In this document: positions 26,480 through 34,952 of the stretch, in pieces
How positions within the stretch are numbered: position 1 is the first letter of the stretch
Layout: the number at the start of each line of letters is the position of its first letter
NCBI GenBank assembly: GCA_035572835.1
Contig: DATNAG010000054.1
Coordinates: 28,553 to 92,552, forward strand
Reading direction: 5' to 3'
From: Solirubrobacterales bacterium
GTDB lineage: Bacteria > Actinomycetota > Thermoleophilia > Solirubrobacterales > 70-9
DNA: 64,000 bases
Notes under the pieces: generated by a model
The model's database searches: none
Told to the model about the DNA's origin: nothing
Seen by the model: only the letters and a program-made list of their open reading frames with translations
Position numbers and translations under genes: made by a program

Positions 26480-27022
26480 CTAGGCGACGGGCTGCGGGGT
26501 CGCCGACCCGGCGGCCGCCTCGGCGGCGGCCTTCTTGCCCGCGGCCTGGGCGGCGGCGAGGGTGACGGTCGAGCCGAGCACGCCGAGGGCGAGCGCCCCG
26601 AGGGCGACGCCGGCGCCGGTCTCCTCGAGCCCGAGCGCCCCGTCGACCGAGAGCGCCCCGGGGCCGCCGTCGACGAGCAGGAGCAGGGCGGCGATGATCG
26701 TCAGGTTGTACTCGTAGCCACCACCGGTCGACCAGAAGCCGTTCTTCAGGTGGACCGTGCGGATCGCCGTGGTCATCGTGCCGATCAGCGAGGCGGCGGC
26801 GAGCGGGGTGAAGGCGCCGAGAGCGATCGCGCTGCCGCCGAGCGTCTCCGAGAGCGAGGCCGCGTAGGCGTTCGCCCGCGGCGGCGCCAGGCCGAGATTC
26901 TTCATCATCCCGGTGGTCCCGTCGATGCCGGGGCCACCGAACCAGCCGAAGAGCTTCTGGGTGCCGTGGCCGATGAACGTGGCGCCGATGAACAGGCGGG
27001 CGAGCAGACGGGCGAACTTCAT
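26480..27022 (-). CDS. DoxX family membrane protein
   Basis: ARLFIGATFIGHGTQKLFGWFGGPG...LSETLGGSAIALG...HLKNGFW is the typical DoxX pattern. GGAGG precedes the ATG. Confidence 0.8.
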   Translation of the reverse strand: MKFARLLARLFIGATFIGHGTQKLFGWFGGPGIDGTTGMMKNLGLAPPRANAYAASLSETLGGSAIALGAFTPLAAASLIGTMTTAIRTVHLKNGFWSTGGGYEYNLTIIAALLLLVDGGPGALSVDGALGLEETGAGVALGALALGVLGSTVTLAAAQAAGKKAAAEAAAGSATPQPVA

Positions 27023-27074
27023 GCGGGTACCTCCGGGGGGGGAAGAAAGGGCGAAGAAAGGACAGCGGGGAAAC

Positions 27075-27090
27075 TGTTTCTAAGGAAACA
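27075..27090. promoter_or_regulatory. Candidate operator: AT-rich palindrome TGTTTC-TAAG-GAAACA about 50 nt upstream of doxX
   Basis: Read directly from the sequence. It lies in an unusually AT-rich patch, with TATTGT and TAGAAA -10-like hexamers on the doxX strand. Confidence 0.3.
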
Positions 27091-27105
27091 ATACTGACGG
27101 ACGGC

Positions 27106-29490
27106 TCAGGCCGGCGTCAGCTGAAGTACCCGCCACGGCCCCTCGCCGCACATCGCCTGCGTCTCCCCCGCCGCCCAGCGCGCCTGCAGGTCGGCGTAGT
27201 GCGGGCTCGCCGGATGACCCGACTCGCCGCTGAACATCTGCCAGCGCGAGCGGTCGGGATCGGTCGGGTCGGCGACCATCCGCCAACTCGGCGCCCAGAC
27301 CGCTTTGTAAGGGTCGTTCGGGTCGTAGGCGATCTGGCTGACCGTCTCCTGGGCGCCGCCGGCCCGCACCTGCCGATTCAGCAGCCGGTGCAGGATCGGG
27401 TTCGCCTGGCCGAGCGCGTGCGGGAACTCCATCTCGTGCACGTCGCCCCAGCGCCAGCCGCCGGGGTCGGGACCGAAGCGGTCGGTGAGGTCGTCGAGCG
27501 CCCCCGCCAACGCCTCGACCACGAGATCGTCCCAGGGCCGGCCGACCAGTTCCTCGTCGGCCTCCTCCCAGAGGTCCATCAGGTGCGAATGCCAACGCCA
27601 CGGTGAGGTGATGTGCGGGCTGAAGCCGTTGTCGGCGCGGTCGAGCCAGCGCTCGATCAGGTCGCGATCGCCGATCGCCGCGCGCGCCACCTCCCGTCCC
27701 AGCCGCAGGAGAAAGGCCTGGTAGATGGTCCCGGCGACGGTCTCGACATCGAGCCGCCCGTCCCAGGCGCGCAGGCGCTCGATGGCGGCGCGCTCGCGCT
27801 GGCCGGAGGGGTGCAGGCGGGAGAGGCGCCGCGCCGCCTCGAGGCCGGGCAGCGAGAGCACGTCGGTCTGCATCTCCGCAAAGCCATGAAGGTCATGTTT
27901 GTCTTTCCCAAGAAGCAGTTCCTCGATCCGCTTGGCGCGGAAGCCGTCGAGCCATTCGGAGGTGATGTGGTGCGGGTAGTCGTCGCCGACGATGCGGTTG
28001 TTGGCGGTGACCAGGTAGCCCGACTCGGGGTCGGTGACCTCCGGCAGCTCCTCGTAGGGGATCGTCCCCTCCCACTCGAACTCGCCCGTCCACCCCGGCT
28101 TCGGCAGGTCCGCGACACCGCCCTGGCGGAGCGGCAGCCGGCCGATCAGCTTGTAGCCGATCGAGCCGTGACGGTCGGCCCAGATCGCGTTGGAGGCGGG
28201 CGACGTGTGGCCGCCGACCAACTTCACGTACTCCGCCCCGGAGGTGACGTCGAGGAGGTCGAACATGCCGCGGAAGGCGGTCGGTTCGCGCAGCGTCTGC
28301 CAGGCGAGGGCGAGCGGCTCGGCATCGTCCGCCCCCAGCGCCTCGTTGACGATCGGCCCGTGGTGGGTCTCGCGGACCTCCATCGAGACCGGCCGGTCGC
28401 GACCCTTGACCTTGATCTCCTCGGTCCGCGTCTCCAGCGCCAGCCACTCGTCGCGGAAGAGGTAGCGATCGCCCTCGATCCGCTCGATGAAGAGGTCCTG
28501 GACGTCGCCCATCACGTTGGTGATCGTCGAGCAGACGTCGTTGCCCTGGCCCATGTAGACGCCCGGCATGCCGGGCAGCGAGGCGCCGCGAAGGAAGCGC
28601 TCGCCGCAGCGCAGCTCGAGCTCGTGCCAGATCGGCGGCATGCTCGGCGGCAGGTGCGGATCGCCGGCGATCAGCGGCATCCCGGTCACCGAGCGCGCGC
28701 CGGAGACGGCCCAGTTGTTGGAGCCGCTCGCCTCGGTGGCGAAGCCGAGTGCCTTGCGCACCGCGTCGATCTGCTCGACCAGCGGCAGGCCCTCGCCGTC
28801 CCAGGGCGTCTGTTCGACGATCGGGTTGTCCACCGGGTAGGTCGGGTCGAGCTTCGCGGTCAGCTCCGGGCCGAGGGCACGGACCATGTCGGCGCGCAGC
28901 AGCTCGCGCTCCCAGTTGGTCGAGAGGCCGAAGGCGAGGAGCTTGCCGAGGCTGAGGATGTCGACCGGCGTCCACGGCTCCCACGCGAGCCCGAGCAGGC
29001 GCATCTCCAGTGGCGGCGCCTTGGCCGCCGCGGCGCCCGCGTTGACCCCGGCGCAGAAGTGCTGGAGGAGCGCCCGCAGCTCCGGGTCGAGCTCCTCGGC
29101 CTCGCGTTCGGCGGCCCGACGGATGCCGAGCGTGCGGATCAGCCGGTCGACCGGCAGCGTCTCGGCCCCGGCGAACTCGGAGAGCCGTCCGCTGACCACC
29201 CGCTGGTAGAAGTGCATCTGCCAGAGGCGGTCCTGGGCGTGGACGAAGCCCTGGGCGAAGTGCATGTCCGAGCGCTCGTCGGCGTCGATGTGGGGGACGC
29301 CCCAGCGGTCGCGCCGCACCGTCACCGTGCCCCGCAGCCCGGGCACGCCTAGTCGCCCCTCTTCCTGGGGCAGCGCCCTTCGCGCCAGTCGCTGCCAGGC
29401 GATCGCGACCGATGCCGCCGTGATCCCCGCCCCGGCGACGCTCACCAAGAGACCGGCCTTGGCCACCTTCCTCACGTTCGCCCCTGCCAT
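27106..29490 (-). CDS. Penicillin acylase / AHL acylase family (Ntn hydrolase, peptidase S45)
   Basis: 794 aa with an N-terminal TM/signal. ...ATEASGSNNWAVSGARSVTGMPLIAGDPHL contains the Ser-Asn-Asn beta-chain N-terminus typical of the family. Confidence 0.85.
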   Translation of the reverse strand: MAGANVRKVAKAGLLVSVAGAGITAASVAIAWQRLARRALPQEEGRLGVPGLRGTVTVRRDRWGVPHIDADERSDMHFAQGFVHAQDRLWQMHFYQRVVSGRLSEFAGAETLPVDRLIRTLGIRRAAEREAEELDPELRALLQHFCAGVNAGAAAAKAPPLEMRLLGLAWEPWTPVDILSLGKLLAFGLSTNWERELLRADMVRALGPELTAKLDPTYPVDNPIVEQTPWDGEGLPLVEQIDAVRKALGFATEASGSNNWAVSGARSVTGMPLIAGDPHLPPSMPPIWHELELRCGERFLRGASLPGMPGVYMGQGNDVCSTITNVMGDVQDLFIERIEGDRYLFRDEWLALETRTEEIKVKGRDRPVSMEVRETHHGPIVNEALGADDAEPLALAWQTLREPTAFRGMFDLLDVTSGAEYVKLVGGHTSPASNAIWADRHGSIGYKLIGRLPLRQGGVADLPKPGWTGEFEWEGTIPYEELPEVTDPESGYLVTANNRIVGDDYPHHITSEWLDGFRAKRIEELLLGKDKHDLHGFAEMQTDVLSLPGLEAARRLSRLHPSGQRERAAIERLRAWDGRLDVETVAGTIYQAFLLRLGREVARAAIGDRDLIERWLDRADNGFSPHITSPWRWHSHLMDLWEEADEELVGRPWDDLVVEALAGALDDLTDRFGPDPGGWRWGDVHEMEFPHALGQANPILHRLLNRQVRAGGAQETVSQIAYDPNDPYKAVWAPSWRMVADPTDPDRSRWQMFSGESGHPASPHYADLQARWAAGETQAMCGEGPWRVLQLTPA

Positions 29491-29529
29491 CGAATCATCT
29501 TGGCAGACGCCTGGCCGGCCGGCCAGTTT

Positions 29530-30192
29530 CTACTCGACCAGGTCGAAGGGAAGGCGCCCTTCGGCGTCGAGCTTTTCCAGATGGGCCTCCATCGCCATCG
29601 CCGCCATCGGCAGCAGCTCGACCGGGACGTCGTCCCAGACCGCGGCGAGGAGGGCGGCGCGGGAGTCCTCACCCTGATCGAGGCCGGCGAGGAGCCGGCG
29701 CTCGCGCATCATCCGGTGCTCGACGTATTCGGCCAGTTTCGCCTCCGGGTCGGTGATCCAGGGGCCGTGGCCGGGGCACATCAGCGCCAGGTCCGCGGCC
29801 TGCAGCAGCGCCAGCGAGTCCATGAAGGCGGCGAGCGAGTTGCCGCCCGGAGGGACGATCGTCGAGCCGAGCCCGAGCACCAGGTCGCCGCAGAAGCAGA
29901 CGCCGTCGGCGCTCATGTAGACGACGTGGTCGGCGGCGTGCCCGGGGGTGGCGAGGGCGCGCAGGCCGCCGTGCTCCTCGCCGTCCTCGGCGAGGACCAC
30001 CGGGGCGCCGAGCTGGTCGGCACCGGAAATGTGATCGATGTGGGAGTGGGTGATGAGGACGGTGCCGATGCCGCCCCGCTCGGCGGCCGCGGCGCGGAGC
30101 GCGTCGAGGTGTCCGGCGTCCTCGGTGCCCGGGTCGATCACCACGCAGGGGTCGGCCCCGTAGATGTAGGTGTTCGTGCCTTCCAGCGTCAT
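29530..30192 (-). CDS. MBL-fold metallo-hydrolase
   Basis: TNTYIYG...VLITHSHIDHISG (HxHxDH)...TPGHAADHVV. Confidence 0.8.
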   Translation of the reverse strand: MTLEGTNTYIYGADPCVVIDPGTEDAGHLDALRAAAAERGGIGTVLITHSHIDHISGADQLGAPVVLAEDGEEHGGLRALATPGHAADHVVYMSADGVCFCGDLVLGLGSTIVPPGGNSLAAFMDSLALLQAADLALMCPGHGPWITDPEAKLAEYVEHRMMRERRLLAGLDQGEDSRAALLAAVWDDVPVELLPMAAMAMEAHLEKLDAEGRLPFDLVE

Positions 30193-30251
30193 CGGCCCCG
30201 GATTCGGGGCGACGACACGCAGGATCTCAGGATGCCCCGGGGCCTGCTCGG

Positions 30252-32306
30252 TCAGTCTTCGACCTCGGCGGCGATCGCCGCGCGGGCGTCGGCCGGCTCC
30301 AGCACGACCAGGTCGCCGGCGCCGCGGAGGATCTCCCGCACCAGCCAGGCCTTGCCCGCGTAGGGCAGCTCGACCACGACGGCACCGTCGGCGAGCTCCT
30401 CGACCACGGTCCGCTCCTCGCGCAGCCAGCGCGCCCGCTCCGGGGAGACCCAGACCCGGGCCACCTCGGCGGCGGGCACCTCGCCATGGGTCATCCAGCC
30501 CTCGACCCGGGCGAATTCCTCGATCTCCGGTCGCGGCTCGAAGGTGTCGCCGGTCATCTCGGCCTCTTTGATCCGGTCGAGCTTGAAGTGACGGACGCCG
30601 TCCTTCTTCAGGTCGTAGGCCTCGACGTACCAGCCCTCGCGGCCGTTCTGGAGACGGTAAGGCTCGATCCGCCGGGTGTTCAGTTCGTCCTCGTTCTCCT
30701 TGTAATAGGAGAGCTCCAGCACCTTGGAGTCGGCGATCGCCTGGTTCAGCAGCCGCGCGACGCTGGCGTCGCCGCCGCCCGCGGGGACGATCTCGAGGCC
30801 CTCCTCGGAGGGGTCGTGACCGAGCGCCTTGACGATTTTCTCGCGCGCCTTCTCCAGGTTCGACTGCGGCAGGTGGTCGCCGAACAGATCGATCGCCGCG
30901 ACCAGCGCCTTCGCCTCCAACGGCAGCAGGCGCGCCGGGCGGGCGAAGTTGTCGCCGTATGGCTCCGAGTCGACCTCGATCTCGTCGCCGAGGATTTCGG
31001 CGTAGAGCACGTAGGTGCCGCCACCGAAGTTGACGACGTTCAGCAGCTCGACGTCCTCACGCAGCTCCTCCTCGGTCAGCTCGAGCCGTTTGCGCAGGTC
31101 GGCCACCTGCAGCCGTTCGCCGGCTTTCGCCGCTTCGATCAGCATCCCGGCGAGGGTGACCAGGCGGGCGAAGCGCTCGGGCCGGATCGCCGCGTCGCCG
31201 CGCCCGTTGGAGCGCGTGCGGCGGGGCGCGTCGCGCAGCGGCCGGTCGACCACCTTGGCGGGCTTGAAGCCGTTGTTGTGACGGTCGCGCAGGGTGGCGA
31301 CCCGGGACTCGGTCTCCTCGCGCAGGTCGTCGGGGGCGAGCACCTTGGCGTTGGCGCGCCAGCGCAGCACCCAGGCGATCAGCTCGCGGTGCGAGGCGTA
31401 GTCGGTTTCGTAGATCTTGCCCTTGCCCGGCGCCTTGTCGGATGCTTTGGCCTCGCGCAGGTCGCCGTAGGCGCCGAAGTCGCGCTCGATCAGCCAGGCG
31501 ATCCGCTCGCGGATCCAGATCTTCGCCCGCCCCTGGGTCTCCCCCAGCTGCCAATCGGCGCGGCTGCCGTAGTCGCGGCGATCGAAATCTTCGGGGGGCG
31601 AGAAATCATGCTCGGCCTTGGTCGCGTAGCCGACCTTGCCCTGGATGCGGGAGAGACGGAAGACACGCACCGCGTCGCGCTCGTGCGAGTGGCCGATCAA
31701 GTAGAACTGCCCGCCGCGGAAGACCAGGTGGTAGGGATCGACCTTCCGTTTCGAGGTGTCGCCGCGCTCCATCGTGAAGTAGGTGAACTCGATCGTCTTG
31801 CGGCGTGAGATCGCGGTCTCGATCTTCGAGAGGCGCTGCGAGAGGTCGCGACCCCCGGCCGACGCGGTCATCGCCATCTCGACCGGGGCGCGCGTTTCGC
31901 TCTCGGTGAGCGGGTTGGGGTGTCCCCAGGCGACCTGCTGCAGGGCGAGGCGCAACGGCTCGGCGTAGGCGAAGCCGCCGTCGGTGAGCAGCAGCAGCGC
32001 GGTCGAGAGGGCGGCCAGCTCGGCGTCGTCGAAGGAGATCGCGTCGAGGTAGAAGTTCTCCGGCGGCAGCGAGTAGAGCTCCGCCTCGAAGAACCCCTCT
32101 CCCGGCTTCTCCACCCCCAGCTGGATGCCGAGGCTCTCCAGCTCGGCGCGGTCCGCGTAGAAGCGGCGCGCGAAGGCGTCATCGTTCATGTCGCTGTAGC
32201 CCTCGACCTCGCGCTTGATCTCGAGGGCCGAAACCGGCCTCCCCTGAGCCATCAGGAACGAGATCAGCGAGAGCTGTCGGATCAGCTTCTCGGTGTCCTT
32301 TGCCAC
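30252..32306 (-). CDS. Fused double HTH-WYL-WCX regulator, PafBC-like
   Basis: 684 aa made of two tandem units. Each has an N-terminal wHTH (LIRQLSLISFLMAQGRPVSALEI; FARLVTLAGMLIEAAKAGERL) and a WYL-type core (KVDPYHLVFRGGQFYLIGH...VRVFRLSRI; RIEPYRLQNGREGWYVEAYD...VRHFKLDRI). GTG start. Confidence 0.7.
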   Translation of the reverse strand: MAKDTEKLIRQLSLISFLMAQGRPVSALEIKREVEGYSDMNDDAFARRFYADRAELESLGIQLGVEKPGEGFFEAELYSLPPENFYLDAISFDDAELAALSTALLLLTDGGFAYAEPLRLALQQVAWGHPNPLTESETRAPVEMAMTASAGGRDLSQRLSKIETAISRRKTIEFTYFTMERGDTSKRKVDPYHLVFRGGQFYLIGHSHERDAVRVFRLSRIQGKVGYATKAEHDFSPPEDFDRRDYGSRADWQLGETQGRAKIWIRERIAWLIERDFGAYGDLREAKASDKAPGKGKIYETDYASHRELIAWVLRWRANAKVLAPDDLREETESRVATLRDRHNNGFKPAKVVDRPLRDAPRRTRSNGRGDAAIRPERFARLVTLAGMLIEAAKAGERLQVADLRKRLELTEEELREDVELLNVVNFGGGTYVLYAEILGDEIEVDSEPYGDNFARPARLLPLEAKALVAAIDLFGDHLPQSNLEKAREKIVKALGHDPSEEGLEIVPAGGGDASVARLLNQAIADSKVLELSYYKENEDELNTRRIEPYRLQNGREGWYVEAYDLKKDGVRHFKLDRIKEAEMTGDTFEPRPEIEEFARVEGWMTHGEVPAAEVARVWVSPERARWLREERTVVEELADGAVVVELPYAGKAWLVREILRGAGDLVVLEPADARAAIAAEVED

Positions 32307-32309
32307 GAG

Positions 32310-32327
32310 TCGCAGGATAGTCTGCGA
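32310..32327. promoter_or_regulatory. Candidate operator: inverted repeat TCGCAG-GATAGT-CTGCGA in the 28-nt gap between the PafBC-like gene and the small-protein gene
   Basis: Read directly from the sequence. It overlaps TANNNT-type hexamers on both strands: TATCCT lies 7 nt upstream of the PafBC-like GTG, and TAGTCT lies 12 nt upstream of ATG 32335. Confidence 0.35.
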
Positions 32328-32334
32328 GCGGCCG

Positions 32335-32580
32335 ATGGCACTCCTGCTTGCGCCGCTTCGCTGGCTTACTTCCTCGATTATCCGGCTGGCGATTTTCGTC
32401 GGTGTCCTCGCCGCGCTCTATTTCCTCCTGCTAAAGCCGGCAATCGACAGCGGCGAGCAGAAGGTCCGCCACGGTCTGAACGCGCTCGAGAAGAAAGCCG
32501 GCCCGAAGCGCCTCGCCCACTGCATCGAACGCGCCGACGGCGACGTCGAGAAGATGAAGCGCTGCGCGCGGATCTTCTAG
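32335..32580 (+). CDS. Small single-pass membrane protein, paralogue 1 (81 aa)
   Basis: MALLLAPLRWLTSSIIRLAIFVGVLAALYFLLLKP...KRLAHCIERADGDVEKMKRCARIF. The start was chosen by alignment with paralogue 2. Confidence 0.6.
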   Translation: MALLLAPLRWLTSSIIRLAIFVGVLAALYFLLLKPAIDSGEQKVRHGLNALEKKAGPKRLAHCIERADGDVEKMKRCARIF

Positions 32581-32615
32581 GCGAAGCGCCGATCGCGGGT
32601 TAGGCTGCGCGCGAG

Positions 32616-32993
32616 ATGGAATTTCTTCAGAACCTCTTCGGCAATCTGAGCAGCGGGATCATCCGCCTCGCGGTCACCGTCGGGATCCTCGCGGCGGTCT
32701 ACTTCTTCATCGTCAAGCCGGTCCTCCACACGACCGAAAATACGGTCAACAGCACGAATCACACGATCGAAAAGTCCTTCCGACAGACGGGCATCGACAC
32801 CAAGTCGATCGAAGCGAACGTCAACAAGACGATCGAAGAAGTCAACAACCAGGTGCAGGTGCAGGTCGAACACTCATTCCACGTCGCCAAGGCCCAGGGC
32901 GGTGCCGCGAAGACGGAAAAGCTCCTCCACTGCATCCAGCGGGCGCACCAGAACGTCCACCGGATCGAACGCTGCTCGAAGCGCTACCGCTAG
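32616..32993 (+). CDS. Small single-pass membrane protein, paralogue 2 (125 aa)
   Basis: MEFLQNLFGNLSSGIIRLAVTVGILAAVYFFIVKP...EKLLHCIQRAHQNVHRIERCSKRYR. It shares the N-terminal helix and the C-terminal H-C-I-x-R-A...R-C motif with paralogue 1. Confidence 0.65.
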   Translation: MEFLQNLFGNLSSGIIRLAVTVGILAAVYFFIVKPVLHTTENTVNSTNHTIEKSFRQTGIDTKSIEANVNKTIEEVNNQVQVQVEHSFHVAKAQGGAAKTEKLLHCIQRAHQNVHRIERCSKRYR

Positions 32994-33781
32994 CGAGCAG
33001 TCGGGGCCGCTCTGTCCCGGCGGCGGCGATAGGTGTCCTCGACCCAGCGGTACGCGGGGCGACGGCGGATCTGGTCGCGAAAGCCTTCGAGGGCGGGCGG
33101 CAGCGGCAGGTCCGGCGGCAACGGGCCACCGGGCGGAAGGACGACGAGGCAGGCGAGTGCCGCGGCGGTGAGGTCGGCGACGCTGAAGCGCCCGCCGACC
33201 AGATGGACGCCGTCGCCGGCCGAAAGCTCGGCCTCGATCCGGTCGAACGCGGCGAGGATCTCGGCGCCGGCCCGGGCCGCCGCCGCCGCGTCGGCGGCGC
33301 CGAACCGGGCGCCCGAGTAGACCCGGGCGTAGGCGGCGAGCAACGGCCTGGCGCGGGAGAGCGGTGGCGGCACCGCGTGCGAGGCGAACTCGCCGAGCAG
33401 CTCCGGATCGCTGCTGAGATGATGCAGCGGCAGCAGTCGCACCGCCGGGCCCAGCCCCTCGTCGAAGTACTCCTCGAGCTCGATCGCGCGGCGCCGCTCG
33501 CCGGGGTCGGCCGGATAGAGCGGGCGCTCGGGGTGGCGCCGCTCGAGCGCCGCGATCGCCGCGGTCGAGTCGGCGAGGCGCTCGTCGCCGAGCTCGAGGA
33601 TCGGGAAGGTGGTGGTGGCGCCCCCGCTCCGCCAGAGCGCGATCGGGATGTGAAGTCCCGGCATCGCCGTGCGGCGACGGTGGGGGACCCGCTTGTGGTC
33701 GAGCGCCCACCGGACCTTCTCGCTGTAATGCGAAATCGCCAGCTGCCAGAGCAGCGGCCGCGGTCGATCCGAGGCCGGCAT
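32990..33781 (-). CDS. Glutathione S-transferase family protein
   Basis: LWQLAISHYSEKVRWALDHKRVP...FPILELGDERLADSTAIIAALE-like N-domain. C-terminal helical domain with FSVADLTAAAL. Only the last 263 codons of ORF 32990..34654 are taken. Confidence 0.7.
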   Translation of the reverse strand: MPASDRPRPLLWQLAISHYSEKVRWALDHKRVPHRRRTAMPGLHIPIALWRSGGATTTFPILELGDERLADSTAAIAALERRHPERPLYPADPGERRRAIELEEYFDEGLGPAVRLLPLHHLSSDPELLGEFASHAVPPPLSRARPLLAAYARVYSGARFGAADAAAAARAGAEILAAFDRIEAELSAGDGVHLVGGRFSVADLTAAALACLVVLPPGGPLPPDLPLPPALEGFRDQIRRRPAYRWVEDTYRRRRDRAAPTAR

Positions 33782-33792
33782 CGATCGCCGCG

Positions 33793-34881
33793 CTAGGCGG
33801 CGCGCTGGGAGAACCAGGCCGAGCCGGAGAGGGCCCGGTCGAAGCCCGACCACGACTCGCCCTCGGGAAGCTGGCGCTCGAGCCGGTCGAAGGAGCCGAG
33901 CCGGCCGCCGAGGTTGTCGATCATGTGGACGAGGACGGCCTCGCGGGTGGCGGGGACGACGGGCGAGCCATGCTCGAGCTGGCCGTGGTGGCTGAGGATG
34001 ATGTGGAGGACGCACTGGGCGAGGTGCGGGTCGAAGCCGGGGATGTCCTCGATCGCCCGGCGCACCGTGTAGTAGCCGAGCGGGATCTCGCCCTGCAGCC
34101 GGCCGGCGTCGGTGAGGTCGATCGCCAGCGGGTCGTCGTTGTAGGCGAGCAGCTTGCCGATGTCGTGGAGCAAGGCGCCGGTGACGGCGACGTCGCGATC
34201 GATGCCGGGGAAGAAGTTGGCCGCCGCGGAGACCGCCTGGGCGACCGACAGCGTGTGCTCGAGCAGCCCGTGCCGGTAGGCCTGGTGGTAGGTCTTCGCC
34301 GCCGGGGCGTCGCGGAAGCGCGCCCAGGTCTCGCACTCGGGGGCGAAGAAGAGGTCCAGCAGCTCGCGCAACTCCGCGTTCTGGACCGTCTCCAGCAGGT
34401 CGCGCAGGTCGGCCTCCAGCCGCTCGGCGGAGACATCGGAGGGGACGGCGAGGTCGTTCAGCTCGTACTCCCCGTCTTCGGCGGCGCGCAGCTCGGTGAT
34501 CTTGATCTTCGAGCCCCACCGTTCGGAGGTCTCGAAGATGCCGCTGACGTGGATCGGGGAGCCGGTGGTGCAGAGCGCGTAGCGGATCTCGGCGTCGTCC
34601 CAGCAGACCGCCTCGGTGGTCCCGGTGGCGTCGCCGACGGTCATCCGCAGCCACGGCTCGCCGTTGCGCTTGCGTCGCAGCTCGCGGCCGCGGACCGCGT
34701 AGACGCCGCGCACCCGCTGGCCGTCCTCGAGGTCGCGGATCGCGATCCGCGCCGCCTCGGTCACCGCCTCCACTTCCACCGGGGCGAACTCCGGCTCACC
34801 GGCGAGGAGGCTTTCCATCTGCGTCTGCTCGGCCATCTCCAAACGGAAGGTAGAGAGCGATTCGGACGCAATACCTAACAC
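33793..34881 (-). CDS. OB-fold + HD-domain 3'-5' exoribonuclease, YhaM/Cbf1-like; start uncertain (34881 GTG or 34836 ATG)
   Basis: N-terminal OB-like region (GEPWLRMTVGDATGTTEAVCWDD), then the HD domain (HQAYRHGLLEHTLSV...GALLHDIGKL...ILSHHGQLEHGSPV). Confidence 0.7.
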   Translation of the reverse strand: MLGIASESLSTFRLEMAEQTQMESLLAGEPEFAPVEVEAVTEAARIAIRDLEDGQRVRGVYAVRGRELRRKRNGEPWLRMTVGDATGTTEAVCWDDAEIRYALCTTGSPIHVSGIFETSERWGSKIKITELRAAEDGEYELNDLAVPSDVSAERLEADLRDLLETVQNAELRELLDLFFAPECETWARFRDAPAAKTYHQAYRHGLLEHTLSVAQAVSAAANFFPGIDRDVAVTGALLHDIGKLLAYNDDPLAIDLTDAGRLQGEIPLGYYTVRRAIEDIPGFDPHLAQCVLHIILSHHGQLEHGSPVVPATREAVLVHMIDNLGGRLGSFDRLERQLPEGESWSGFDRALSGSAWFSQRAA

Positions 34882-34952
34882 CTCTCGCCGCCGCCCGCGA
34901 GCCTAAAAGTCCCGCAAAAAGCGGTTTTTCGTCCCGCCGACCCGGAGTCCTC

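Noticed and set aside
32281-32340. Mycobacterial PafBC-dependent promoter motif (TGTCGGTG-N8-TANNNT) upstream of the small-protein genes
   Set aside because: The closest string (GTGTCCTTTG...) does not match the motif, and the spacing to a TANNNT hexamer is wrong. Only the local palindrome is reported.
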